Positions 12,975 through 26,903 of a stretch of DNA of 64,000 bases are shown here, one piece after another (the stretch's first letter is position 1; each line of letters opens with the position of its first letter). The notes under the pieces are model-generated. The model worked only from the letters and a program-made list of their open reading frames with translations. It was not told the origin of the DNA and did not search any database. The position numbers and the translations under genes were made by a program. This stretch comes from Massalongia carnosa. Lineage: Eukaryota. The stretch lies in assembly GCA_965645245.1 (NCBI GenBank), contig OZ287071.1, forward strand, positions 2,170,001 through 2,234,000, read 5' to 3'.

Positions 12975-15900
12975 ATGAGCATCTTCAATCCGTCCTTCCT
13001 GGTGGCCTTGGTTATTTTGCTATACTTAGCGTCGTTCGTCATTTTCGCCATCCTCCGGATCGCCACAGGTATATCAATTCAAAGGCTCGGGTATTTCTCG
13101 TTAAAGCGCGTTGCGTATACTCCGAGGGATGGCATACGGATAGATCTACGAGGACTCGGGCTGGTTCTGCACCGGCCGACATTCGCGAAACCGACATGGG
13201 TGAGTCTGCGGTTGACGGAATTGAAGGTGACAGTTGATGTCAAAGCCGTCAGCGGAAGAAATGACCTCACGAGCAAGCATCACGAAGCAGACGTGGTCAA
13301 AGGGGCCATTTCCGCAAATAACCTTCAGTCGTCGATACGAAAGCTGCCAAAGTCTAAAACCCAGTTACAGCATCCGGGTTCATCTCGCAGTCAATTATGG
13401 AAGCGCTTGACACAGCTGAAAGAGAGAATTAAGAGGCTTCATAACAGAATTCACTGGCTGTGCATGGTGGATGTCGAGGTTTTGAACACTAGCTGTGTTA
13501 TCGTAGAAGTTGGCTCGTTCGAGATTGGCGCTCTGAGCTTGGCGGTGGATACGAGGCGAAAGACTGTGGACAGAGGAAGGCTCTTCCAACACAAGCAAAT
13601 TCCTAATAGTGATCAACGTCCGGTGGAATGGATTTTTACTATCAAAAGTGTATTGTTTACACCTGAGGGGAAAGAGTCCCTTGAGGTTCTGGATTTATGC
13701 AGCTTAAACATCCATGGGTTGCTTTACAGTCATTTAGCAGGCCTTCGAGATACTTCGATATCACTGAAATTGGGACGCGTTCATATACCGTACGATGATT
13801 TAATACATTGCAAGACACGGATAGAAGATTGCCTTAACAGTTCCACTGGGTCAGCCGCCAATAGAGAAGACGCAAATATTTCCGTCACAGATATAATAGA
13901 AGAGTGGGGCCGGCCTGGCAGTAGAGAAGCGAAGCTTGTGCAGACAGTCTCCGACTCCAAAGAGTTTGTGAGCTCTACTTTACGTGGTATCCAGGAGATC
14001 CAAATGGCAGTCAGCTTCTTAGGCTTGACCAAGGCTGTCAACTCCATCATGCCCGCCGGCTCTCCTCTATACCTTAATATGTCCATGAACGAATTCGGTG
14101 TTGATCTCCATCGTCTGGATCCCAAAAGTCCGGCACATCGAATGTATTTTTTATCCAAGGATATTGCTCACCAAGCTTTGCTTGCCGGAATATCAATGGG
14201 AATTAGTCTGGATGACGGGAGTGGTAAACCCGAAAGGGTACTGTACATACCTATGGCGACTACAACAGTCAAAACAACGCTACCGTCCAAGACGGTGGCC
14301 TTTTCGGAAGACGAGAACGCTGCTGAGAGAAACGCTAACATCCTCTTTGCAAATTTCGTGGTTACATCACCGTCGATAGATGTCGACCCTAAGCACATGT
14401 CTCTTGTCCTGGCGCTTACCCAGACCGGACACGGGACCTCGCAAAGCCCACAAGGGATCAGTGGTCGTCGTCCTGGACTCATGTCCCGGCTTCTTCCAAA
14501 GGCAAATATTAAGCTTTCTGTGCACGAGCCTGTGTTAAGGGTTGCTCTTCCACCAGCGGATGCCAAGTTAAGGAGCACTGATGAGTATGATCTCCTCATA
14601 TGCTCTATATCTTCAATATCACTCGATGTTGAGTCATCGCACTCTTCTGGAGGAGAGCTGCACTATGCACTTGCCTCCAATCTAAGAGTGTCGTCAAATC
14701 AGCTTTATTACCACACCGCATCTGGGGAACGACATAACCTTCTTATCACTGACACGCTTGAACTCAAATTACAAGTCACTGCATCCCCCGAGGTATCTGT
14801 AATAGCATCAGGGAATCTTCAAACGTTTTCCGTTCACATGGTCCGTCCTGAGATCAGCGGGGGAGTCCGTCAAATTATTCAACAGCTAAGCAGAAAAGTC
14901 GAATTGGACTCCCCACAGCATTCGAAACATTCCGGGGACCGGAACTTCCTGAGGCCATTGCCGCCATGGCTTGTGCGTTTTCAAATCCAGGGATCTAATT
15001 TTGGGGTTGATATTGCCGGTATGGATCCTGATATCTCTAAAGATACTCGAGGCATATCGCTGCAACTCGAGTCTTGGACTGCAGAGTACAAGATACAAAG
15101 AGATGCTGAGGAGGAAAGACCGTCGTCTCGGCGCCGAGGTGCAGCCAAGTCTTCCATGACAGAAGAGCCTTTGATAAAGATCACGCCACCTTCTAGTATC
15201 CCGGAGACTGCTCATAACAATACAGACGCAAGACGTCTGGCTATTCATGTACGAGGTCTCGAAGGATTTGTAGTTGAAGGAATCAATAATGTGGAATCGG
15301 AGTCTCTCATTTCGCTTCCTCGTTTCGAGGTCGCTTTTTCCACATCCAGTGATAGCCATGGTCCAATATTTCATCTCAATTCTCACGTTAGAGCGTTTTA
15401 TATTCAATATTCGCTTTACCGTTACTACGCGGTAGGGTTAGCATTTACAATACTTCGAAAAGCCTTTTTTCCTGATATTGGTCACACATACGTTGACAAA
15501 GTACATCCGCAACCTGCTAACGCTAATTCGAGAGTGGGGGGGTTTCCTGCTCCCACTAGTGTCAAGGAGCTATTAACTATTGATCTTAAGGTAGAGTTAC
15601 TACAGGTCAAGGGGACCATGCCCTCAAATCCGTCAATGATGCTCCAAGTTTTTGGATTGGAGGCCGGTCGTCATAGATGGGCGGTCCCTTTCATGAAATC
15701 GCGGTTGATACGTGTCTGTGCGGAAGCTCCACAAATGCCTTTCACTTGGGCAAGGATTGTCATGTTAAAGACATTGCGCGTCGACCTAAGAGAGAACCGC
15801 AGGAAATCTGGCCGGGCCGTAATCAATGAAAGATCGGTCGATATTTCCACTGAGTACATTAGGCTTGGAGTTCCTCATCAGCTAGTTCTACATAAAGTAT

Positions 15901-18900
15901 TCGATAATTTTGCAAACATTCTAAAGGCAACCGAGCAATTACATCACCGGTTCAAGACTGGAACTAATGAGTACATTCTAAGAAAACACCCTGAAGGACC
16001 TAAAAAGGTGCCACGGATCTCTGTTCGCAGCAAAGTGCTACTGTTTGAGCTAGATGATGGACCTTTCGAGTGGAAACTTGGATCAATATACCGAATAGGC
16101 CTTATTGAGCAAAAGCAGCGACTTGCAAGAGAACAAGCATTCGGGGCTAAAGTAAGAACTATGGAGGATCTTCAACAACATCGAGGCTCTTCCCGATATC
16201 GTACCCATTCGTCACATCCCCAACAACGAGGTACAAGTAAACATGGGCAAGCTCATGATGCCCAAGAGCAAAATGAAGATCTAGAATCTCCTCGGGGTCG
16301 ATCTATGTCGCCGTCCAGTAGGCATGCTCGAAAGTGGAGATATGATCCTGAAGGCAAATGTCGCTTGACAGGGTCCTCCAAGATAACAGCTGAAGAAGCT
16401 TGGCTTAAGCTTCAAAGATACAATGCTCAAAGCTGGAAGAAGCGAATCGACGGCATATATCAGATACAAAATGCTGGGATGAGGGAGATCCGAGCCATCT
16501 TCTGGGGAAACGATGAGATGCCAGATGCTTATGCAACGTTTGAAAGGATACTTGCCATGCCCGAACGACCTGGCCTTATGTCGACACTCATCAGCGATCT
16601 TCACATCATCATTGATAAGCCTTCATTTCCGGTTGGGGATTACCCGCAGTTCTTACATAAAGTTGGGAAGGGTATGCCGCTTGACATGAAGTATACATTA
16701 CTCATTCCGTTGAATGTTCAGATAGACATGGGCGAGGCGCGTGTAACTCTCCGAGACTACCCCTTGCCTTTACTTCATGTACCCTCGATTAGGCCTGGAC
16801 AGTCACCCCGTTTGCCTAGCTGGTCTCTGAAAACCGACTTTGTCATCGCTGAAGAGTGGCGTGGGGGTGAGTCAACCAAAAAGGTACAAGTGGAAGTAAT
16901 CCCGCCAGAGAAATTCTCGGATCCGGAAACAAAAGGGGGGTTCGCTATTGACGTTCGTCGGACAGTTTCTCCTGTAAAGACTTACTCAAACGTTGAGATT
17001 GCAATCAATACTAGTGCTCCAACTAGTATCACCTGGGGTCCATCTTATCAACCAGCGATTCAGGACATGATGATGATTATTGAAGGTTTCACTAAACCGC
17101 AGGTTGACCCTTCCGATCGAGCAGGCTTTTGGGACAAGATTCGACTCGGCGTTCATTCGAGAGTACTCGTAGCATGGAAAGGGGATGGGGATGTTCATCT
17201 GAAACTCAAAGGTAGATGGGAACGCTTGGTTAAATTTATTTATGCTAATGCGCTCAAGGCGCCCGTGATCCTTACGTTGTGACTGGCCATGGTGCAGGTT
17301 TCGTTATGTGCTGGCGCAACAACGTTCGCTGGGGTATTCATCAAGACGATGATGCAAAGAAATTTATGACAGTCACAAGTGGCGAATATGTTTTAGCCGT
17401 TCCAGATTATAGTCATCAATCTCGGGAGAATGTCTCATCAGGCCAGGACGTTGAAAGCATCTCAAGCACAAGTAGCTACAAAAACGGCGCAATGTTTAAG
17501 AAAGTTATTATGAAGCTTTCTGGTAACGTACGCTGGATGGCAGGTATCGTTTTTGAACGAGATCTTGAGCTCGGCGGGAGGTCTTTTGAGTTTCTTCCAC
17601 ATTATAGTGTTACGCTGAGGACCCCTGAGAAAGCGATGGCTTTTTCAAAAGAGGTATGGCTGTGTCTTTATGGGCGCGACAGACTCTAACATTTTCCTAG
17701 AAGTATGACGCTTTCAAAGGATTTCGTAGCAATCATATCCATCTCTCCATCGCGATTGCGGCACCCATTGATCGGGATTGGACTGCGCCGAACGCCAAAC
17801 CTTCGTTGAGCTACAATACAGTCCATTTAAGCCCTCGCTTTTTTACTCATTTCTTCGATTGGTGGGCATTGTTTGCAGGAGTCATGTCGTTGCCTATTAG
17901 ACAGGGCACTCTCTTCCCTGGAATTGAAAAGGCGAGCAAGAAGTTCGGTCGCCATCTTGCAACAATAAAATACAACTTACTTCTCTCGCCCCTTTTCATT
18001 GCACACATGTACAAACACAAAGATGCGGAGGACTTTGCCGATGAACTTCTTTCTGCCACAGGCCTGAAACTTCGTCTAGATAGCTTTATGCTGGACCTGC
18101 ATCAGCGACGAGAGGAGTTTGCAGCTCAAGGCAAATGGCGTGGTAAGCAGGTGAAAACAAGTGGCATGCGCATCAATCAAGCACAGCTCGACTTTATTTC
18201 CGCCGATGTTCGGGCGGTATCAGCCAGCATTGCAGGCACATCTGCAGAAGCTCTGAAGCGCGCCACCGACGAGGAGTTGGCATCTTATCAAGATCCAGCT
18301 CCGAGTGACATGTCTCGTTTCACGATACCAGATAACGATTTTAGCTGGATTGACATGGACGATTTCGTCGAGCTTGATTGGATTCTGCCCGCGGAAACTA
18401 ATCCGGAGACCAAAATAATGCCTTTGGCATATGCTCCGCGCTTCACATACTTTCGCCAAACTGACCATGGAGAGTCTCTTTCTAAAGACGTTGAGAACGC
18501 GAGTTCTTTCGGCAACGAGTCAACCCATTACTGTGTCATGTCCCAAGATAATGACCCTCGGAGGGTGCAATGCGGATTAATCAAGGAACGTATTCGGAAG
18601 ATTGATGAGCATTTGGAGACACATAAGAGAACATTGGGGGAACAAGAACTGCGCCTTGTTAGAGATGGCAATCGCGACGGAGGCCTTAAAGAACGGTATC
18701 AAATACTGAGTGAACAAGGCCATGTTCTTAAGAGCAAGAAGGAATATTTGAAATCCATGCTTTCTCGTTTGAATAGGCGCCTTGATGAAAACAAATCGTG
18801 GACAATGCATGATGCTGATACCGCTGAGCAGGACATGGCCTCTGGCGAGTCTTCTGGTGAAGATGATGACCTTGAGGGTAACGGCATGGAACAGGCTCCA

Positions 18901-21900
18901 CTCTCGGGGCTAACCAGTGACTTCAACAACCGATTCATCATCCACAACGTTCAGCTCAAATGGAACAACTCACTCCGAAATATCATATTACGCTACGTCC
19001 ATCAAGTAAGTCAGCGGCGAGGCTTCGTGTATTATCTGTCCCGCAGAGCTGTCAAATTCATCTTGGATATAGTAGAGGAACAGAACAAAAGCAAGCACAA
19101 ACCTTCGGACGACCCTCCACCTCAAGCGCTCCAAGCAGAATCAGCTCCAAAGGTTTTAACCGAAGCTGATAAAGACCAAGATTCGGATGTCGAGTCTCGC
19201 ATACAGGAGCTGCTTAATGATGCAAAGAGGTTCGTCGATGCAGACGACCCTGTTCAAGCTGAAGCAACCCCTAAGCCAAATACTTATGAAATGGATCAAG
19301 ACGTTTCGCAAAGCTTCACGCCCCTTAACAGTTATCACGTGCGGTTGGTAGCACCGCAAATTCAGCTACAGAGTGAGAAGCATTCGAAATCTGTTTTGTT
19401 GGTCACTGCAAAGAGTATGCAGCTAAAGGTCATCCAAATCATGGACAAAGACCGCATGACCGATGATGTCAGTGGACTGGTGCAGCGTCGATTTTCTGTT
19501 GATATGGACAGTGTGCAGTTTTTCGTCACGAACCAAAGAAGCTTAATGCAATTCCTTCATCTCTATTCTGGAAATCGTTACGGTGCGCCAAAAGGCTCTT
19601 CGTGGCCACCCTGGGTACCATTCGAGGTAAATTTCGATTTTGAGATGAGCCCTTTTGGGTGGTCCAGAGTAGTACAGAAGACTTCTGCGAGCCTTCGCTA
19701 CGAAAAGTACAATACTTTGCGACTGAAGTTTAATGATGAAATTAACAGCGGCAAGCCAGGTCGTTCAAATACGCCGGAAAGCACAGAGAACCGAATCGAT
19801 CATCTCTGGGTTGATTTTCCTCATATTCGAGCTATTTGTGACTCTTCGCAATATTATAGCATGTATGTTATAGTCATTGATCTTTTGCTATACAACGAGC
19901 CGCTGGAAAAGGTTCGTAGCGAAAGGCTGGAGAAAATAATGTTAGCTTCCGATTTTAGCGATTTGAGAGGCGCACCGGAGATGGTGACTAGTCTCCAAGG
20001 AAGGATCCGGCAGCTTGAGGAGATAAAGACACACTTCCAGATACATGCAAAGTATCTCGATCGGCAGGGGTGGCAGGATCGATTGTTGATAGAGCAAGAC
20101 CTGGCGAACTGTGAGGATGAACTGTTCTTCATGATGAAGGCTCTTACTACCTCGCAACGCAAGAGCGATGACCGCAGTCAAACATCTCAAACTAACGGGC
20201 TTCTTCGATGGTATCTTTCAGCCTCCGAGATAGTTTGGCATCTGATGAGAGATAAGAATGAACCGTTAATGGAGATCCAGCTACAGAACGCGGCCTACGA
20301 ACGAACCGACAACAGTGACGGGTCCAATTCTAACAACATGGAAATCCAGCGTGTACACGGGCTCAATCTTTTGCCGAACGCGATTTACCCCGAAATGCTG
20401 GCACCTTTTTCGGAAAGTGGGAAACAATTCACCGAAGGCCAGGATTTTAAAATGCTCAAAGTACACTGGCACATGCTAGATGCTATAGCTGGCATTCCTG
20501 TTTTGGATCAATTTGAAGTCAACCTTTTCCCACTAAAAATTCAGCTAGAAAGAGAAGTAGGTAAAAAGCTGTTTGAGTACATATTTCCAGGGGCAGGCGC
20601 CAACACCGAAAACGGCGGTTTTTCCCCTTTCATGGTCAGACATCTTCCAACCTCACCGAGCGGCGATGGTGAATCAGACGTGGAAAGTCAGCCAAGTTTA
20701 TCCGATACGCAGCCGTTTGAGGGCACTGGATCTAGTGATGATCAGCATCCTGGGACTCGACCTGGATCGCTGGAGATGCGGCTTCGACCAACCCGAGCTT
20801 TCACACAAAACCACAAGTCGAGGCTCGGGAATAATGGGAACAACGGGGAAGCTCACCATTTCAAGTTCTTCCACTCCAAGACCGCGATGAGTCAGGGCCT
20901 GTTGAAGAAACATTCTCGTGATAGCCTACTATCAAACAACCGTCCGTCTCATGACATCTCCTCAACCAGTCTATCCGCCATGAGTGGAAACTCGGAGAAG
21001 CACAAAAAGTTCAAACTAAGCCGTAATGCCACGCGGGATAGTGTGGCGGAGAGCGAAAAGAAACCGCCCGACGACCTCACCCAGATGATGGCGCGAGCCT
21101 CCAACTACATGACTCTCGCTTACGTCAAAATCCCAAGCGTGGTGCTGTGCCTTAGCTACAAGGGTCGAGGGGAGCGGAACCTCGAGGATGTCCATAATTT
21201 CGTGTTCCGCATGCCAGTGTTGGAGTATAGGAATAAGACATGGTCAAACCTTGACCTTGCCTTACGCCTAAAAAAGGACGTCATCAAAGCCCTGATCTCC
21301 CACACCGGCGCCATCATCGGCAATAAATTTTCTCAACATCGACCAACTCGCCAGCAACAAAGTCGGCTCCGTGAACTCGCAAATTCTTCCACTCTACTCC
21401 CGAACAGCTTCACTCTCACCAACAACACCGCCAGTGACACGAGCAGCACGCTTGATCGTAGTCCCATCACTGATCGCGCCGAATCCCCAACTGATAGCCG
21501 GCTTGTAAGGACTAATTCGTATGCTTCGAGCATGAAGAGTTCTCTGGCCAATAGTGGCCTAATCTCTGAACCACCTTCCTTCCTGGAGTCGGAGGCCGAA
21601 ACCACCGAAACGAATGTGCGTTCCCCCAAATCCTCGTCCGATCGTGCTAATTCACTGGCATCTCATTGCTAACGCTTAGTGATTAGTCTCGCAACTTCAT
21701 CCGTGATACGTTCGCCCGGCGCTTCACGAACGATGGTTTAAAATTGCGCCAAAAGAATCATCTCCCGGATGAAGATCCGGACGAGAGGTGAGATCTTTAA
21801 CCCTCTTCCCTGATACCCGATTATTCATATGCGGCCAAAGACAAAAAAGCTAAGACGCACGTAGCAATCGCAAGAAAAGCGTTCTTCTCCTTGGCAAGAA

Positions 21901-21940
21901 AATCCTCGGTTCCCTCAACTTACCTCCCCCCCCTTCTTGA
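12975..21940 (+). CDS. FMP27: FMP27/Hobbit/SABRE (BLTP2) bridge-like lipid transfer protein, ~2907 aa
   Basis: Five frame-consistent exons: 12975-17211, 17259-17653, 17701-21615, 21687-21787, 21865-21940. N-terminal TM, GFWDKIRL, FRSNHIHLS, WIDMDDFVELDW, WPPW, and Apt1-like C-terminus (YVKIPSVVLCLSYKG, LEYRNKTWS). Confidence 0.95.
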
Positions 21941-23049
21941 ATCATTATTCCCCCACAACCCTCCCTTCCTCCTCAACTCTTCCCGCCATTTCTTCATGCA
22001 CGTATATAGTTCATCCCCAACCGTGATTCAACCTTAACTGCACAAACACACTTGAACTCCTTTTCCCCGTTTTTGTACAAAGTTTTCCCCCCCAAATCTC
22101 CGTTACTCTATCAATGCACGAATAATTACCTCTTGGCCCGAAGTTTTTGTTATAAGCGTTGGAAACCTTTTAGCTAGCTAGATAGGTGGATGAGTTATCG
22201 GAGCGAGTTTTTCGGCATTGTTTTTTTGCGGAGCCTGGGGCGGATCGATCTGCATAGTTGGCGTTTTTTTTTTCTTCTTGTTTTTGCAGGGGCGAGGGGC
22301 CGCAAGGCGAGAAGGGGGAGGTGGAAAAGGTGAATTAAGCAGGCCATTATCATGATCATCTTATAGTATGTATAGGATGTAGCGATGGGCATGCATAGAA
22401 AAACCCGATTCTCAGCTTATAACTAAAGCTGACATCTTTGGTTTCTTCATCCTCCCCTACCTGTCTAACGTATCTCCTCATCCCCTCATCTCTTCCTCCC
22501 CGGAAACCACCACCACCACCACCTCCTCCCTCACGCCAGCCTCTCCCTCCAATCCTAACCCCAACCCCTCCTTCTCAAAAAAAAAAGTAAATAACTGAAT
22601 CTATCAAAACCGCATGCATGTAGATTTGCATCAGTGCGTATGTAAACCAAAAAAAAACTGGCAGGGGATGGCAGAGGAGACTATGGGATCGGGGGGAAAG
22701 GGGAGTCGGGAGGAAAGTTGACTACTATAGGTATGTAGCTGGATTTGGAAGGGAGTGTGGTAGGGAGTTTTTTTGGTTAACTGGTGAGCTAGTTGGTGGT
22801 TAGCTAGCCGAGATGTAGTTGGCGGAGCATTTTCGCAGGCGTGGGTTTATCTATCTACTGACCGATTGTTAATCTTGGGTCAATCAACGGTTAGCCAGGA
22901 GGGCAGATTTCGCGGTTTCTAGGGCTTTCGGTGAAGGTCTGTTTGACTGCCGACTCGCTCGGTCTCGAGAATCTACCTTGGTGAGAAATGTCTCAGCCCA
23001 TTGACAATGCCTATCCGATGCAACAGCCCCGTCATTGGCCTCGGCATAA

Positions 23050-25200
23050 CCCTCATGCTCCCTCCTCGCCAAGCTTCCCGAGCCCGAGAGATCGTGCAAG
23101 GCCTCTCAGCTCTGCTTCGTCCAAGGCAGTCTGACCACCGTCGTTTACGGCCTGGAGGTCCAATGCAGGTCCGAGGGTTTCGGGGAGCTTCTCGGCGGAG
23201 TGCACGTTTGCGAATCGACCTGCGTAAAATGCAGCGGTGTGCATCCCTCAACGGTACGGCAGTTGGCGTCTTCAGGGCTAGAGAAAGCGTGATAGAACTA
23301 TGTTGAGAAGCCGCAGCGCTTCCTTCTAGAGTGCTGCGATCTGAGTTTGGGGCATGTAAACGAAACCAAGAGACTTTTAGGGTTTCTAAGTTAAACTTAC
23401 CTATAGGAAACGCCGCAGACGTACTTTGAGATGGTAGTACCGGCGCTGTAGATGATGAAGCCGGAGTGTTTGGTCAGGTTTAGCAGATATAAAACATGTG
23501 GAGCCATGTAACATGCCCACCCTAACACGCTTCTATAGCGTTCCTGCGTTTTAGCGCAGGGAGTGATGAATTTCGATGGTCAGCTCCGTAATTTACTAAA
23601 ATATCAGCGCAATCGAAGAACCCCCCAGTCACTGTGAATGCAAAGGCAGTCTTATCACCAGTATCGCACTGGATAAACAATTACAAGCGCCTCTTCTGCT
23701 AAAAGGATACTTCAAACATGCTTTAGTAACAGCGGAATCATCTCGGGGGTCCAGACGGAAGTATAGAATAGAATCCTCCATTCCGTTGGATGTGCAATTA
23801 TAAGTGTCACGCCTGAACGAAGTCACAAATCAACGACCTCGAGCCGATTCCCGACAACTGCCGTTTGCAGAGGAGTCGACCAGTCCTTGCCGGAGAGCTG
23901 AAACTCAATCAGAAGCGGTAGAAGGTAATGGGGGACCAATAACTCTTGTCAGCTCTAAGGAGGTAAATGCGCTTGCCATTTTTAATAATGGAATACCATA
24001 GTTCTCTCTGTAATGTTGACACATTGTTTCGATTACCGAATTTCGAAGAACGGTAGATAGATATTCAGATAAGTCTTTTCCAATGATACCCGGGAACGAG
24101 CATCGGCCTTTCTTCCGGTTGATCTTCCTGAATAAAGTTGAGCGTTTCGCTGAATTGGGAGATAGATAAATTTACAGCTGCCTGTCAAAGTGGGCTCACA
24201 TCCTCATCGTCTTTACAAAGCGGGTTCAAGCCAAAACGAAGCAGTAGATGAGCGGTAGCTAAACCCTGCGGCCCATTCCTATCCAAGATGGAGACCAGAG
24301 AGGATCAACCCAGAATACCGGTAGCGCCTTTATTAGAACTTCAGGCGATGAACTTTGAAGCCATATCCTCCATGACTTCGAAACATAACTTGTCCAAGTG
24401 TTCAAGCTCCGTGGCTGAATTAGAAATTTCAGTGCTCGTAGTGGTATCAGGTAGTAGGCGACCTCGTAATGTCCGCCTTGGCAGGCCATGAACAAAGGCG
24501 TCTCTTTATAAACCTTCAGAACGTTCTGGTCACCCTCTTCACGAACAAGAAGTTGTACAACTTGGGCGTCTCCCATGCCAGATGCGTAATGGAGCCATGT
24601 CATGCCGCTTTCCTCATAACATCTATTGACATCAAGGTTCGATTCACGGATTAGTTATAATAACCTAGAGGGAGGGCTCGGTGGGTATTCTTTGCTGTAT
24701 TTTTCACTTAAAAAATCTTCTTCGTAGCCACAATATGTGGTTCGCAGTTCCTTAATCGACTAAGACACTTCTTCAGGAAAAATTTCCATCATAGAAACCT
24801 CGCCGCTGATAACGAGGTCTGAGACGACTTATACAATGCAAAGCGAGTTCTAGGTATGATCTCGAGAAAGCTTGTTCAAGTTTTTTGTCTCTAGGCGGAT
24901 ATGGTATGATACCAAAGAAATAGGTGCATATTTAGATACATACCTTGACTTTACGCGCGAAGACCTTAAATACTCCCAACTCCCTTTGCCATTCACCTGC
25001 AAGATTAATCTCAACTTCGAAACCTCGGAACGGAATGCTCCAGAAACCCTTGCTCGTCTTTCTAGGTCATATTTTAGGTCTTGTAAGACTGATGATTCTA
25101 ACCAGATCAGCTCGAAGTCAGCGCCACCACAAAGTGCACTAACAAGGTTGACACAAATGCTTGCTGGCATATATATATATATTTTTAAAAACTTTGGCCT
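23050..25200 (-). pseudogene. Multi-ankyrin-repeat protein pseudogene
   Basis: Scattered ankyrin repeats in shifting frames with stops: TWLHYASGMGDAQVVQLLV, ETPLFMACQGGHYEVAYYL, LLLRFGLNPLCKDDEDVSPL*QAA, STPLQTAVVGNRLEVVDL*LRSG, DANCRTVEGCTPLHF, DLQAVNDGGQTALDEA. Boundaries approximate. Confidence 0.8.
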
Positions 25201-26632
25201 GTTTATTATGACCAGCATGGCCGGCCAGGAACGTGGGGGAATCACCGTGGACTGACACCCGCAATATGAATAGCTCTGATATTGGTAGCAAACTCAGCTA
25301 AAGTAAAGGGCGAAATTCCCATCGCCCTGGGCTCGGATGCGAAATATGCGGAGGTCAGCGAACAAAGATCCAATGAATAGGCTTCAGCAATGACAGAGGA
25401 CGGATTCCTTTGCAATGAGTCACCTGGGCAATCCTAGTTTCATTGCTAATAGGTAGCATGTTAGTCATGCCGAAATTGTATATACCACGGTCTGATGCGC
25501 TCTAGCGCTGTATTATAAAATCCATGGCATAGAAACGTGCTCTCTTCGTGTTTATCCAGCTGAAGACTTTCGCCCTAAGTTGCAGTTACCGGGTACAGAA
25601 GGTCGGCCCCTGCTGCCTCCGCTTTGTGGACTGGTCCATTCCCAACCGTACCATCTCCCAGCTACCCAAAATCCCGCTAAACCACGATTTAGCTTAGTAT
25701 TTGCAGAGTAATGCAATAGAGGGTTCAAGAACCAGTGATTGCTTTGCATTAGGGTTCCCAGTTTATCCATGGTTTTCAAGGTACTTTCTTGAAAAGGTGG
25801 CGAAACGATGAGTAAGGATTGTACTCGTAGGTACTCAATACTAAAAACTTTAGATCTTGGTAACCCATATGATATCTATAAATTGGATAGCTATCGGCTA
25901 TTGAAAGAAGAATAAGACTCAAGATTTATGGAGGTGCGAAGTTGTTTCGAGGACGTAAATCTACGATAAATTCCAGTTTGAGAAGGATTATCTATGTCGT
26001 AGATTAGATTATCATTTTGCAGAGTATGGGGAGACTTCCTTCCATATGGTTTGGCCAATAATTTTAAAGTCAGCATTGAGTGCATGAGAGAATCGATGCC
26101 ATTGTAGTCAGTATATTGCTGAAAAACATCTTTACAGTTCGTTAATACGCAACAGATCGACACGGAGCCCACACTTAAAATATGAATAGTGTAGGGGTCT
26201 CTTAGGAATTCATTAATTGAAGCATTTCTTTTTAATTATTGGTTTAGCCGGGCCTTCCCAAAGGAAAAGTAATAATAGAGGAATCGAGTAGATCATGACA
26301 CCATTAACTTTGTGTCGCCTACAAACGTTTTCGCTTCATCGAGAATGAAATAGGTGCTTATACTATGAGATAGAACGTATACTCTAGTTAGGGTGATGGT
26401 ATCCTTGTGTGTCGCCTATTCGTGGTCCAGTAATGTTGATCGGTAAGGTGGCGTTGACCTTGGCGGATTTAATTGCACCGAGAATTGGCGGTGTCAAGAT
26501 GAATGTAAAATATGCTGAAATCTAGTAGGTAGTAGGTATGAAAAAACTGTGAGATAAGTTTTAAGGAGAGAAGGTGGAAATGTTGGGAATTGTTAGTATA
26601 TATATTAGTTCCAGAAACTATAATTTTAACTG

Positions 26633-26903
26633 GGGCAGATGGCGCAATGGTTTGATTGTCAGAAAAGGTGAAAAGGTGGAAATTGCGCCATCTTATAAAA
26701 TGAAGTGCCCTTCTTTACCGGCCGTTATAACCGGATCGACCTAGCCAACGGGGAAACCCCTTGGCGGGGGCCGGGTAATTATACAATGAAAACCTCGAGA
26801 GGGAGGTATTTCGTAGAACCTTTCTCTCTTAGGAGAGAATGGTTTGAGCTTTTTGCCATCCGGAGGTCCTAGGTTCAAATCAGGCGGAGGGAGTTTCTAT
26901 TTT
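26633..26903 (+). ncRNA. Putative Pol III-transcribed, tRNA-derived structured RNA (family unassigned)
   Basis: TATATATATT at 26597-26606; GGGCAGA followed by A box TGGCGCAATGG (26640-26650, tRNA positions 8-19); B box GGTTCAAATC (26872-26881); T4/T8 terminator 26900-26912; several internal stems. It does not fold into a canonical cloverleaf. Confidence 0.6.

Noticed and set aside
24636..24650. B-box-like GGTTCGATTCACGG
   Set aside because: Lies inside the ankyrin pseudogene with no A box or cloverleaf.
25552..26172. Protein-like fragments (possible siderophore synthetase remnant)
   Set aside because: Only vague motif resemblance; no family can be supported by eye.
26633..26893. Canonical tRNA gene (Ala-TGC or Gly-GCC), or RNase P RNA
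   Set aside because: The 5' GGGCAGA has no partner after the T-loop and the T stem is mismatched. Short resemblances to yeast RNase P RNA (GGTGGAAATT, TCTTTACCG) have the wrong spacing and no P4 3' strand.
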